Shown here in pieces: positions 49,317 to 58,704 of a stretch of 64,000 bases of DNA (positions are counted from its first letter, which is position 1; each line of letters opens with the position of its first letter). The notes beneath the pieces were generated by a model, which had not been told where the DNA came from, did no database searches, and saw only the letters and a list, made by a program, of their open reading frames with translations. Source of the DNA: Candidatus Bathyarchaeia archaeon (lineage in GTDB: Archaea > Thermoproteota > Bathyarchaeia > Bathyarchaeales > Bathycorpusculaceae). The position numbers and the translations under genes were made by a program. The DNA is taken from NCBI GenBank assembly GCA_038849555.1, contig JAWCMT010000003.1, forward strand, positions 1,956-65,955, written 5' to 3'.

Positions 49317-49358
49317 GCAAGCCGGGAAGCATGAACGATTAGGGCGGGGGAGCGCCGT

Positions 49359-49715
49359 TTAAACGTACTTCTGGTCCTTATAGCAGTACCAACGCTTATA
49401 CTGCTGAATATAAGTTAGTGGGCCGCCGCATGTTGGGCAGATTGGCTGCGCTGTTTGCGCTGCAGTTTCAGGCGTAGCTGCTGCTTGCGGCGCGGGCTTA
49501 AGGACGATGAAGTCTGCTGCGCCTTGCACTCTGTCCCAAGAAATGTCAGCGGTTTGCCCGTTTTTGTCTTCGACGTTGAGCGAGATGCTTGGTTGTCCGA
49601 TGACGAAGCTTACGTCCTTAACTTTGCCGACAAGGTTTCCTTCTGCGTCAATAACTTGCATGCCAATCAATTTGTCTTTGGATATGCTTTTCTGATTTTT
49701 CTCCAATTGTTGCAC
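49359..49715 (-). CDS. PRC-barrel domain protein with a C-terminal zinc ribbon
   Basis: 118 aa. A PRC-like segment (L.GM.V.D..G..VGKV.DV) precedes CPTCG...WYCYK. Confidence 0.55.
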   Translation of the reverse strand: MQQLEKNQKSISKDKLIGMQVIDAEGNLVGKVKDVSFVIGQPSISLNVEDKNGQTADISWDRVQGAADFIVLKPAPQAAATPETAAQTAQPICPTCGGPLTYIQQYKRWYCYKDQKYV

Positions 49716-49875
49716 CTATTGATACTTACCATCAATGATTTAATAAAGCTTTAACAAGTGTAGGCGACATGGATTTTGAGAGCGTGTAATGTTAAGGGTA
49801 TCAGCCAGAATATTGTTGAATGGAAAACCATAATAGTAACTTGCGTTAAAAAGCCTCTTATAGAAGGGAGAATGG

Positions 49876-50382
49876 ATGACTGCAGAAAGCAGTTCAGGAA
49901 TTGACTTTAATCATTGGCTCTACCGCCTTATCGCATTAGTCATTGACAGCATAATCATCGGCATTGTAGGGTATATCATATTGAATTTCGTAGTATTATC
50001 AATAATCTGGAGCGGTGCATGGTGGCTGCTGGGATTTGGATACTGGCTTTTGCTTCCTTTTATCTCAGGTGTAATACAAGTATTCTACTCGGCTATATTG
50101 GATGTGGCATGGGGCGCTACCATCGGCAAGAGAATATTGGGCTTAAAAGTGCAGATGACAAATGGTAGCAGAGTACAATTCGGACAGGCCTTCCTTCGCA
50201 ACCTAAGCAAGATCTACCCGCTTTTACTGCTACTCGACTGGATAATCGGCATCGCTACGCCTGGGCCTGACATGCGCCAGAAATACACTGATCGCATGGC
50301 GGGAACCACTGTAGTCCAAGTGAAGCAGGTATTCGCCGCTGCTACTCAGCCACCGCCGCCTCCGCCGCCACCGCCGAGTTGA
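49876..50382 (+). CDS. RDD-family membrane protein with a C-terminal poly-proline tail
   Basis: 168 aa with the pattern W.RL.A..ID and GKR..GL.V....G, and an RDD-type topology. It ends QPPPPPPPPPS. Confidence 0.65.
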   Translation: MTAESSSGIDFNHWLYRLIALVIDSIIIGIVGYIILNFVVLSIIWSGAWWLLGFGYWLLLPFISGVIQVFYSAILDVAWGATIGKRILGLKVQMTNGSRVQFGQAFLRNLSKIYPLLLLLDWIIGIATPGPDMRQKYTDRMAGTTVVQVKQVFAAATQPPPPPPPPPS

Positions 50383-50469
50383 GAACTCGAAACACATATG
50401 CTAACCTTCTTTTTTCTAATTTTGCTATTTGATGAAAGTGATTTGCTGTAACGAAATTTTTGCGGTCGT

Positions 50470-51579
50470 CTAACAATTTTTTATTGACGGCGTGTGTTTC
50501 GATTTAAGTCGTTTGTGGAGTAGCGCTATAAGGAGCAGTAGTGCAAGGGAAACGGAAACAGCGATGATTAATGGGTACGCAGCAGAATCATCGTGGATGT
50601 GGCTAGTCGAATTGGGCGCCAGAGCGGATATAACTGCTACTCGGTGGCTTTCAGAAAAGGCCACGTAGAGCTCCTTTTTGCCCGAAGCATAGCATATGCC
50701 TTGGGGTTCGCCTTCCAAAGGTATAGTTGCAACTACGGAGTTGTTTTCTGTGGCGATGGCGGATATCGATTTTGACTTAAAGTTTGCCACGAACATTTGC
50801 CCGCTTTCGCCGTCATAGGCTAAGGCGGATGGCTGGTTTCCTACAGGTATGGTTGCGGTTACAGCGTAAGTGCCCGTTGATATTACTGACACGGAGCTGA
50901 AATTGTGATTGACCACATAAATTTCGCCTTTACCAGAGCAGTATGCTAGGCTTGTGGGCAATCCGTCCACGGTTATGTTTGCGATAATGCTGTGCGTGTC
51001 GGCTGATAACGCTAAGACTTGATTGCAGCCAGCATGGCCTACGAACACCGCGTTTCTGGCATGGTCGTAAGCTACTGCGCATGGCATTTTGCCCACGGGC
51101 ACCGTCGCAATTAACGAGTGGTCGTCGTCGGATATGATGGATACTGTGTCGGAGCCATAGTTAGCTACGAAAATTTTTCCTTTATCTGGGGCAGCGGCTA
51201 CGCCCATGGGCTTGTGCTCCACTGGTATTGTCGCGCTTACCATGTAATCGCGGGTGGAGATTATGGATACCGTGTCGGAGCCGAAATTGGTTACCAGTAG
51301 CTCTCCTTTCGCGGGGTTATAGGTTATCGCTGAGGGTATGTGGCCTACGGGTATGGTGGCGACTACGGAATGCGTTTGCTCAGAGATTACGTAGACAAGG
51401 TGGAAGTCGCCGTTCGTCAGGAAGATTTCGCCTCTGTCGGGGTTGTAGGCTAAGCCGTAATAGCCGCCGAACCGCTCCAGAATTATGGTGTCAGTTACCT
51501 CAAAGCCTTGAACTGAGGTAGAAGCTAAAACAATAAGTAAAGTAGCGGAAAGCGACGTCAATAATGCGGTTTTGCTCAT
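50470..51579 (-). CDS. Secreted YVTN/YncE-type beta-propeller repeat protein with a C-terminal TM anchor
   Basis: 369 aa. It has about seven repeats of ..V.ATIPVG..P..[IV]AY.P..G.[IL][FY]V.N..S..VSVI, plus a signal peptide and a terminal TM. Confidence 0.75.
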   Translation of the reverse strand: MSKTALLTSLSATLLIVLASTSVQGFEVTDTIILERFGGYYGLAYNPDRGEIFLTNGDFHLVYVISEQTHSVVATIPVGHIPSAITYNPAKGELLVTNFGSDTVSIISTRDYMVSATIPVEHKPMGVAAAPDKGKIFVANYGSDTVSIISDDDHSLIATVPVGKMPCAVAYDHARNAVFVGHAGCNQVLALSADTHSIIANITVDGLPTSLAYCSGKGEIYVVNHNFSSVSVISTGTYAVTATIPVGNQPSALAYDGESGQMFVANFKSKSISAIATENNSVVATIPLEGEPQGICYASGKKELYVAFSESHRVAVISALAPNSTSHIHDDSAAYPLIIAVSVSLALLLLIALLHKRLKSKHTPSIKNC

Positions 51580-51704
51580 GGCGAATCAATTACTTTAAGT
51601 TTAAAATTCACGAGTTATAAATTTTTTAGATAACTTGCAATGTTAACTTATTTGCTTGCATCGGGAAAGGCTATTTTACGTGTGGCAACTGGCTTTGCTT
51701 TTCT

Positions 51705-52118
51705 TTACCAGAATCCGCCTTTAGACGTTAGCTTAATTTCTGCTTCTAAAGAGCCCAAGCCGGCGGTTGCAAAAGTGAAATTGTATCGGCCGCTTGGCAG
51801 CCTTATCCATTCGCTGCTGTAGGTTGTCTGTTCACGCTGCGATGTAGCGTGGCTCCACAAGACATCGTCGCCGTTTAGGATTTTAGCCGACCAAAGCGAG
51901 TTGCCGCTGTGAACGGAAACTTCAACCTTCACGTATTCATGGAGAAATGGAACTTCAAACTCCACATGCCGCGAGTCCGCGCCGATGGTGAATGAGACTG
52001 AAAAATCAACTAAAACCCGAGGGTAGGTAAGCGCTGAGTAAGCAACAAGCAAAACCACAATAAGCGCGGCAGCTGCTCCAATGAGTAGCTTAGTTCTCGA
52101 TTTCTTAGGCGCGTCCAC
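51705..52118 (-). CDS. Membrane-anchored hypothetical protein
   Basis: 137 aa with an N-terminal TM anchor and a beta-rich ectodomain. Confidence 0.4.
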   Translation of the reverse strand: MDAPKKSRTKLLIGAAAALIVVLLVAYSALTYPRVLVDFSVSFTIGADSRHVEFEVPFLHEYVKVEVSVHSGNSLWSAKILNGDDVLWSHATSQREQTTYSSEWIRLPSGRYNFTFATAGLGSLEAEIKLTSKGGFW

Positions 52119-52231
52119 AGATTAACCTCCATCAGATTCAGCTTCGAAACGAAGCACCATACACGCTGAGTATAATTAAGCTTTACGAAAGCCAATTCAT
52201 AATTGGTGCTAATTTTGTATTATGTGCTGTT

Positions 52232-52560
52232 TATTGGGCTGGTGTGTTGGTCATAACCCGCCTTCTGTTGAATGATTGTGGCATTCGGCTAATCGGGCTA
52301 CCCGCGCCCTTCAGGTAGAAGCCTCATCGGCGCCTGTTTGCCCTTTCCACTTGCAGGACAGCCGTTTCACCGCTTCCACATGGCATAAGTCGGCAACTTA
52401 GCATGCCTCATCTTCACGCGCCACGTGGACGTTCCGTTTCTGCTCTGTAGCCAAGGCTCTCGCCTTCCCCGAATGAACCGGGGTGCAATTCTACATGTGG
52501 GCGGAGTTTCCTCATTCCCGTAAGGGAACGAAAGCCACACGCCAACTCGCCAGCCCAATA
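52232..52560 (-). ncRNA. rnpB: RNase P RNA (archaeal type A-like)
   Basis: I derived the reverse complement by hand. P1 is an 11 bp helix, UAUUGGGCUGG...CCAGCCCAAUA. The CR-I-like GAGGAAACUCCGCC pairs with the CR-V-like ACAGAAGGCGGGUUAU to form P4. A P3 hairpin GUUCCCUUACGGGAAU and GCGGUGAAACGGC are also present. The only ORFs here (52367..52606 and 52414..52716) look spurious. Confidence 0.8.
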
Positions 52561-52581
52561 TAGAAAAGCACAGCGGCAGCC

Positions 52582-52592
52582 AATAAACATAT
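52582..52592 (-). promoter_or_regulatory. Candidate TATA box for RNase P RNA
   Basis: On the minus strand, ATATGTTTATT is centred about 27 nt upstream of the predicted P1 5' end. Confidence 0.4.
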
Positions 52593-52642
52593 CCGCGGCG
52601 AAGCACAAGCGATAACTACCGCCTTCACACAGAAGTAACCTT

Positions 52643-53227
52643 ATGAAACGCGTCATCCTAATAACGGGCACACCATGCATCGGAAAAACCACAATAGCGA
52701 AGCAGCTTGCCAGCAAACTCGACGCGCTTTACATCAACCTCACCGACTATGCCGAGAAGCACCACTTAATCGCCGGCGAAGACGAAAAGCGAAAAACCCA
52801 CATAATCGACGAGGCGAAAATGCGCGAAAAAATCGCCGAAACAATAAAGACAGCGGAGAAAGGCACGGTCATCATTGACGGACACTACGCGCACGCGGTT
52901 GTTCCAAAGCGCTATGTCACACGTATAATTGTTCTCCGCCGAAACCCCATAGAGCTCAAGCGACTCATGGAGCAACGCGGCTTCGCGGGCGATAAACTCT
53001 GGGAGAACCTCGCCGCCGAAATCCTAGACGTCTGCCTCGTTGAAGCCCTACAAGCCCAAAGGCAGGAGAAGATTTGCGAGTTAGACGTAACAGGCAAAAC
53101 GGCAGAGGCGGCGGCAAGCGAGATACTCGCCTTCTTGGAAAACCGCAGAAAATGCTTTGTGGGCAGCGTGGACTGGCTGGGGATGCTGGAGAAAGAGAAG
53201 CTCGTGGAAGAATATTTGAAAATCTGA
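52643..53227 (+). CDS. Adenylate kinase isoenzyme 6 / Fap7-type NTPase
   Basis: 194 aa with the P-loop ILITGTPCIGKTT, followed by IIDGH and the short archaeal AK6 architecture. Confidence 0.75.
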   Translation: MKRVILITGTPCIGKTTIAKQLASKLDALYINLTDYAEKHHLIAGEDEKRKTHIIDEAKMREKIAETIKTAEKGTVIIDGHYAHAVVPKRYVTRIIVLRRNPIELKRLMEQRGFAGDKLWENLAAEILDVCLVEALQAQRQEKICELDVTGKTAEAAASEILAFLENRRKCFVGSVDWLGMLEKEKLVEEYLKI

Positions 53228-53230
53228 TTT

Positions 53231-53596
53231 TTACCTGAGACTCATGGCTATTTTCTGCCGCGTCAAAAGCGTAATCTTACGCCTATTCGAATAAGACTTA
53301 GCGTGATCGCTAAACTTTTCCCCGATCAGTATGGGATTTGACAAGCCCACATCCTCAGAGGCAGTGTCCAAGCTGATGACGAGATTAACACCGATAGTTC
53401 TGTTCCAGTCGCGTATCCAAACCGCCTGCTCCATCTTGCCCTTCTGAACAATAAGATCGAACCTGCGGGGTATGCCGCTGTAACCTTCCATAACAGCGTT
53501 CTCCTGATTAATCTTGTAACCTTCCTTCTTGAAATACCGCACCGCAAGATCAACTAAACGCTTTTGCGGTTTCACCTGAGCTTCTTCATCGCCCAT
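53231..53596 (-). CDS. Small restriction-endonuclease-fold (Mrr-cat-like) protein
   Basis: 121 aa. LVDLAVRYFKKEGY.....G......FDLIV......AVWIRDW resembles the PD-(D/E)xK core layout. The call is weak. Confidence 0.35.
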   Translation of the reverse strand: MGDEEAQVKPQKRLVDLAVRYFKKEGYKINQENAVMEGYSGIPRRFDLIVQKGKMEQAVWIRDWNRTIGVNLVISLDTASEDVGLSNPILIGEKFSDHAKSYSNRRKITLLTRQKIAMSLR

Positions 53597-53919
53597 AACA
53601 CGTCTCTCCCTAACCTAACTGTTATTTAGCTAACTCTGGAAAAGCCTTTCGGATGCACCTGCTTCAAATGCAACTAAACTGCTAAAACACGTAAAGAAAC
53701 GCCCAAAAATCACCCTTCAGTCTCGGCAGACAATTAATTGGAACACTACGCCTAAAGCCTAATTCTTCCCCAGCCACCTATTATAAATAAGCACGGTGTA
53801 AACGCCACACTGAGCACCCGCCAAAGCAGTTAACGCCAAAAATTTCTGTCCCGCTTCCAGTGGGCACTAACCTCAATAGACCAAAAACTGGATTCAAAAG
53901 GTTTGCGGTATCTGGATAG

Positions 53920-55782
53920 CTAACAACACTCAACGCATGCTATTCGGCTTGCCAGCACTGCACGCCGCCTTTTTCTGACATAAACCACGGCCACAAAAAA
54001 CGCAGCCAGAAGAGTACCTACGTTAACGTATAGCGCTAGCAGCTCTCCATAATCCGCCGCTACTCCGTCTCCGGGGCGCACAAGAGGCTGCGCTGAGCCG
54101 TTAAGCGGTTCAATCTTCAGGTTTTTGAAGGCCACAGCCCTCTCCGTAGTATTAGCTAACAGCATAACCAGCCCATTCGCATCCGCTGTCTCCTGCTGCG
54201 CCGCTTCCAAGTGCTCCAGAAAAGTGCCGTTCTCATCCTGCAACTGCACAGACACCTCTTCCCCGGTTATCTTCGCCGCCACCCTATACCAAACGCCTTC
54301 TTCTAAGCGCTCAGACACGTTAATAAAAGCCATCTTGCCAAGCGCGCTTACTTGAGCCACATCATAGTAGTCTAATCCCTTGACGTTCAGCGTGTAATTT
54401 TCGCCGCCACTGTTCTGCAGAATAAGCGCAAACTGATTATTTGTTGTCTCCGCCAAGTTATCAGGCAACCTCAACGGCTGAAAACCCTGCGGTATCACCA
54501 TATTCTCTATGATGCTTGGCACCGCCTCATTTCTGGACACCGTTATTACTTGCCCGCTTTTCAGCACAATAAACTCGCCTGTAAGCAGAAACCCATCGCC
54601 CGACAATTCGACATCAAGAAATTCTTTAATGCCTTGCCTAACGCCGAGCTCATATTGAGCAATGTAAGCGCGACCATAAGTGTAATAGTAGCCCACTCCC
54701 TCGAACTGAACAAGCGACGCGGGAAACCCAATAAACACTGTTAGCGCTTCGCTGTCTGCGCCAGAAAACTCTGCGCTACCGCTCCAGCTTGTCCGCACAT
54801 AATAAGTGCCAGGTGAGGTGACATTCCAATTGAAAGAGTAGCCGCCGCAAATATCCGTCTCGGTTATGTAAACATCATAAGCAATGCCGTTACGGCTAAC
54901 ATACATGACAACAGAGGCGCTTTCAAGTGCAGGCGAAACGGCGCCGGCAACTATTAGCTGCCGCTCGCCAAAGCCAACGTCCGCTGGCGCCGCAGACAGA
55001 TTTATCGATATAGACGATTGCTGCAAGGAGCCGCCCCAGCTTGCTGACACCTGCGCCGGCGATGCGGATTCGCTATATTCGAGCGGAATAATCCATGGCT
55101 GCTCCTCCGCTAAAATGGGCGGCACGTCGCCTACTTTCCACCCCATTGCAGCAGTGCACTCGGCTATCCAGTATTTCCTGCCGTTCCAGTCGTAACCTGT
55201 GGCGGGCAGCCACCACCACGTGCCCCGCGGTGTATAGGGCAGGTAGACGCCGACGTTAATGTGATGAGTCTCCTTAAAGTAGAGTAGGACAACGTCTAAG
55301 CCGCCTGCCTTCATAATTGAAGCCGCAAGAAGAGAAAGCGTGTCACATTTCCCAGAGTTCTCCACCAGCGTCTCAATTGGATATTTAACGTCGCCGATGG
55401 CGTAGGGAACCTGATGAACCAGCATCAGCACGGCGTTAGCGAACTCTTCGTCGCTGCGGCTACCTTCAGCGGTGGCTTCTCGAAGGCGCTCTGCAACCTG
55501 CCTAAACACGTTAGGGGTTACAAGCGCGGCGTAATCCATGTCTCGGACAATTTTAGGCGTTTTGGCATCATAATACTCATAAAGTGAATAAGGCACGGAA
55601 ACATGCAATTTCTGGCTGGATAGGCCGAAGTGAAATTGGAAACTAAAAGTTCGCTCATAGTTATCTGCGAGAGAGGATGGAGTGGCAAATACCAGCAGCA
55701 AAACGGCGATAAGCAGAACGCCAAGGTTTTGACGTTGAAAATGCATCTGAACTCTATGATAATATAGTGGGGCATCTGACAC
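53920..55782 (-). CDS. Membrane-anchored secreted protein with a transglutaminase-like cysteine protease core and C-terminal beta-sandwich domains
   Basis: 620 aa. The segments SGKCDTLSLLAASIMKAGGLDVVLL...HHINVGVYL...WIAECT fit the Cys-His-acid TGase-like core. A C-terminal TM is followed by RKRRR. Confidence 0.55.
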   Translation of the reverse strand: MSDAPLYYHRVQMHFQRQNLGVLLIAVLLLVFATPSSLADNYERTFSFQFHFGLSSQKLHVSVPYSLYEYYDAKTPKIVRDMDYAALVTPNVFRQVAERLREATAEGSRSDEEFANAVLMLVHQVPYAIGDVKYPIETLVENSGKCDTLSLLAASIMKAGGLDVVLLYFKETHHINVGVYLPYTPRGTWWWLPATGYDWNGRKYWIAECTAAMGWKVGDVPPILAEEQPWIIPLEYSESASPAQVSASWGGSLQQSSISINLSAAPADVGFGERQLIVAGAVSPALESASVVMYVSRNGIAYDVYITETDICGGYSFNWNVTSPGTYYVRTSWSGSAEFSGADSEALTVFIGFPASLVQFEGVGYYYTYGRAYIAQYELGVRQGIKEFLDVELSGDGFLLTGEFIVLKSGQVITVSRNEAVPSIIENMVIPQGFQPLRLPDNLAETTNNQFALILQNSGGENYTLNVKGLDYYDVAQVSALGKMAFINVSERLEEGVWYRVAAKITGEEVSVQLQDENGTFLEHLEAAQQETADANGLVMLLANTTERAVAFKNLKIEPLNGSAQPLVRPGDGVAADYGELLALYVNVGTLLAAFFVAVVYVRKRRRAVLASRIACVECC

Positions 55783-55902
55783 TTAAATGTTGATGGCTAA
55801 ACATCTATATTTCAAAGATGAAGCTACAATTCTGTTAAAACCAGAAACAGTTATTCCTATGGATTACAGTGCTTAAAAAAGGGGAAGGTAGCATAAAGGA
55901 TT

Positions 55903-56076
55903 TCATAGTTTCAGCCGTTTGATCAGGACTTTGACTTTTTCTTTGTCCGAAAGCGCATCCTCAATTATGGCGTTTACAAGCTCGTAAATTCGCAGATCGT
56001 TCAGCAAAGCCAACTGCTTAATTCGCTGATGCAGATCAGCGCGGATTTCGACAACTGTCCGTCTGCTTCGGTTCAT
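55903..56076 (-). CDS. Ribbon-helix-helix (CopG/Arc-like) protein
   Basis: 57 aa from the internal ATG: MNRSRRTVVEIRADLHQRIKQLALLNDLRIYELVNAIIEDAL... This is a beta-strand followed by two helices. The upstream Arg-rich part of track ORF 55903..56229 overlaps the preceding gene and is rejected. Confidence 0.55.
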   Translation of the reverse strand: MNRSRRTVVEIRADLHQRIKQLALLNDLRIYELVNAIIEDALSDKEKVKVLIKRLKL

Positions 56077-56083
56077 CAGGCTT

Positions 56084-57670
56084 TTAGCTCCTTGCAAGCT
56101 TATATCGGCTGAGACTGTCTGTTCGACTCTGCAGCCTAAACAGGTAGTCCGCAAGCAGCGGCTTCTCGCGTCCAAGCTCCAGCACAGTCTCCAGCGTCTG
56201 CGTCTTAGCGTCAACGTTGTATTCGACACTTAGAATGCGGAAACCTCCGTCAACGCCCTCATTAGGCAATGTGATGTGCACTTTGTCGCCTGGCAGCAGC
56301 GGCGAAGCGCCATAATCGATGACGGTGCTTCTAAGCGTAAGCTGCTCCGCTGAATCCTTGAGGTTTGCCAGCAACGCTTTGGCGCGTAGAGCGCATTCGG
56401 CATCGCTCCAGAGTCCCTCGTTAACCTCCACTTGCTCCCGGAGGCCATAGCTGCTTTGGCTCGTGCTGGCCTCTTGTGTGCTGGAGTAGCGGCATCCGCC
56501 GAAGCATAAGCCGTCAATCCAGAAGCCGCCTGTGCCGACGCCGTCGAAAAACACCGCTGGGCGAACTTGCCAAACATAGTTCCAGTCGAAGCCGCTTTCC
56601 ACATTCCGGCCGTCAGCGTTTTTCTCGCCTACCTTATACTCGATTTTGAACCATTCATCCTTGCCTATGGTGAACGGCCGCTGAGCCAGCCTGCCCGTGC
56701 GGTCGAGAAGCTGCAGGATACCCTGCCCGTTATATGCGGCTTCACAGCGTAGCCACAGGTTTAGAAGCGGGTAAAGATTCGCATTGACTTCTCTCCCAGC
56801 GTAGAGGATAAAGGCGGCGGCGCCGTAATACAGGTTTTCCGCGTAGAGCTTTACACTTGCGAAGCCCTTCAGCCTCACGTTGGCGTCGAGGCTAATGCTG
56901 CCTGCCGTTGCGACCCAGTAGCCGTCTGAAGGCGTTAGACTTTCAGTCCACGCATCCTTATCGGCGGGTGCGCTTTTGTCGGTGGCGCCGTAAACCGTAA
57001 CCTTATTCCTGACGCGGTGGATGTCTCGGCGATATTCGCATTGCTCAATTTTTTCACTTAAGCTGATGGGAGATGTTTTGCTGCCGCGCGGGAAGAACTC
57101 GAATTTAGCGTCTGGTGCCACGCGGAAATCGTAGCCTATTATGCCCTGCTTATCCGCTGTTTCCGCGATGTAACGCAGAATGTCCCAGACAGGCGTGCTC
57201 TCATACTCAAGCTTAGTGTACGTAGTATCGGTAGCCTCAACAAGCTCAGTGCCCCCGCGTACATGGCTAAGCCCGACGTAGTAATCCAGCAGATCCTTAA
57301 CGATGTCCTCGCCCTTCATGTTCTCGTATGTTTTAGTGACAACGCGGCGGAACAGCCGCTCGCCCCAGCAGCGCCCGCCTACGCGCACGTAACTTTCTGG
57401 GGGAGTTGCCTCGTACTTGATGCTTTCAACGCGGCAGGTCATCAGTAGCGGGCATGCGGCGCCTCGGCCCACGCTTATGTTGCCGTCCATGCCTACGCTT
57501 ATGGGCGTCGCGCCGTTAGGGCTGTATTTGCCGCCCCAGTTCTGCAGTAGCATCTCGAAACTGCTTACCTCGCTGGTGCAGCCCAGATGCACACGGAGCT
57601 CGATTACGTCGCCCTGCGGCGGCGCCATATTGCCAAACGCTATCGCCACCACCGGTGGGTTCACGCTCAT
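56084..57670 (-). CDS. Virus-like structural protein, possibly tail/baseplate-hub-like
   Basis: 528 aa. The segment YESTPVWDILRYIAETADKQGIIGYDFRVAPDAKFEFFPRG resembles the hub (gpD/gp27/Tal N-terminal) signature of tailed viruses. The C-terminal end ITLPNEGVDGGFRILSVEYNVD...LELG is also tail-protein-like. The coding call is strong but the function call is weak. Confidence 0.4.
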   Translation of the reverse strand: MSVNPPVVAIAFGNMAPPQGDVIELRVHLGCTSEVSSFEMLLQNWGGKYSPNGATPISVGMDGNISVGRGAACPLLMTCRVESIKYEATPPESYVRVGGRCWGERLFRRVVTKTYENMKGEDIVKDLLDYYVGLSHVRGGTELVEATDTTYTKLEYESTPVWDILRYIAETADKQGIIGYDFRVAPDAKFEFFPRGSKTSPISLSEKIEQCEYRRDIHRVRNKVTVYGATDKSAPADKDAWTESLTPSDGYWVATAGSISLDANVRLKGFASVKLYAENLYYGAAAFILYAGREVNANLYPLLNLWLRCEAAYNGQGILQLLDRTGRLAQRPFTIGKDEWFKIEYKVGEKNADGRNVESGFDWNYVWQVRPAVFFDGVGTGGFWIDGLCFGGCRYSSTQEASTSQSSYGLREQVEVNEGLWSDAECALRAKALLANLKDSAEQLTLRSTVIDYGASPLLPGDKVHITLPNEGVDGGFRILSVEYNVDAKTQTLETVLELGREKPLLADYLFRLQSRTDSLSRYKLARS

Positions 57671-58565
57671 GCCCTATTCCACTCCGCGTCTGTATAATTC
57701 CGCCTCGCCAGCACGCTGGATACCACGTACATGCGAGGGCAACTCTGCTGCTGCCTCGTTGAAGCTCTGTATGCTTGCGGTCATGCCACACCAAGCGTAA
57801 ATGCTCAGGCATGAAGGCAGAAGCGTCTTGGTAGAAACCAAGAATGTATTCGCCGGTGATTATGGGCTCAGCGCTTTGCTCTTTAACCTGAAGCGATTCA
57901 AGGATTTGGATGTTTGTTTCCGTTATGCCCGGCACAGCTACCAAGCTGATTTCAGCGTTGCATAAGCCATGCGGAACCTTTCCGTCAACGATGTCTATTG
58001 TTTCGTAGTCTGCGCCGACGCTCACATGCCTAATTAGGCCTCTGCGGATTTTCTCGGCGATTTCCTCATCGTAGATTTCCGCGTTGTACCATAAACGCTG
58101 CCTGTCCCACTCGGTTTTTGTGACTTTGCCCACCGCATTCTCAGCAGTTACATGCTCAATGTAAACAGGCGCACCCGCAAGCTTGGCGGAGAAGGCTTCA
58201 ATCTCGTCTGGCGTGTAGATGTTGAAGTTTCGGCTCATACCTACGGTCATGGCTATGCCGCGTATGCGTAGCGGTTTCTGCAGCATTTTCTCGGCGATGG
58301 CGAATGGTAGAACAGCGTAGACATGCTCTTTAGTTGGCGTGTGATGCTTTTCGAACCATTCTTTGGCTTTTTCCATGGTCCAGCCTTTGTCTTTTTCAAA
58401 CAGGTAGCTGACCACTTCCATGGTGTGCTTTCCTTTTTGTTTGCCTACTATTGCTTTGATGCCTTCCTTCTCGTTTAACGTGATTGTTTTAAGAGTGTCT
58501 GTTTGGAACTCCGCAACATCGCGGTGTCCGCTTCTGATGTATTGCTCCGTGTTTTCCCATGGCAT
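57516..58565 (-). CDS. HK97-family prohead (capsid maturation) serine protease-like protein; the last roughly 88 codons of the ORF are probably out of frame
   Basis: Residues about 95-215 fit the prohead protease core: IRGIAMTVGMSRNFNIYTPDEIEAFSAKLAGAPVYIEHV...VGKV...LWYNAEIYDEEIAEKIRRGLIRHVSVGADY. The His lies in IEH and the Ser in VSVG. The tail from about 57785 is Arg/Gly/Trp/Cys-rich and overlaps the next gene by 155 nt. Confidence 0.65.
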   Translation of the reverse strand: MPWENTEQYIRSGHRDVAEFQTDTLKTITLNEKEGIKAIVGKQKGKHTMEVVSYLFEKDKGWTMEKAKEWFEKHHTPTKEHVYAVLPFAIAEKMLQKPLRIRGIAMTVGMSRNFNIYTPDEIEAFSAKLAGAPVYIEHVTAENAVGKVTKTEWDRQRLWYNAEIYDEEIAEKIRRGLIRHVSVGADYETIDIVDGKVPHGLCNAEISLVAVPGITETNIQILESLQVKEQSAEPIITGEYILGFYQDASAFMPEHLRLVWHDRKHTELQRGSSRVALACTWYPACWRGGIIQTRSGIGHEREPTGGGDSVWQYGAAAGRRNRAPCASGLHQRGKQFRDATAELGRQIQP

Positions 58566-58704
58566 TTTTCTTAGACCTCACACAACTGATACCAGATTAA
58601 TATACGAGGAAAGTGAAAAGGCAAATTGTACTGCAGCGTGGCCCATCGGGTGACTAACGTGTGGGCTACTGCGCGGGGTTAAACCTAAAAAAAGGGTGTG
58701 TGCT

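Noticed and set aside
50347-50379. The poly-proline tract (9 consecutive Pro codons) at the end of the RDD protein gene
   Set aside because: It is a low-complexity tail using mixed CCG/CCA/CCT codons, not a DNA-level repeat expansion. It is of little significance beyond a likely aIF5A dependence.
52367-52716. Track ORFs 52367..52606 and 52414..52716
   Set aside because: They overlap the RNase P RNA, and their translations (Arg/Cys/Trp-rich) look non-protein-like. The RNA explains the region.
53597-53919. A 323 nt gene-free gap between the REase-like gene and the transglutaminase-like gene, examined for ncRNA (SRP RNA, tRNA-like) or small ORFs
   Set aside because: I could find no conserved RNA motifs, no stable long-range pairing and no convincing ORF by eye. 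I leave it as an unexplained spacer.
56077-56229. The Arg-rich N-terminal part of track ORF 55903..56229
   Set aside because: It overlaps the 3' end of the 528 aa gene in another frame. The RHH fold starts at the internal ATG at 56076.
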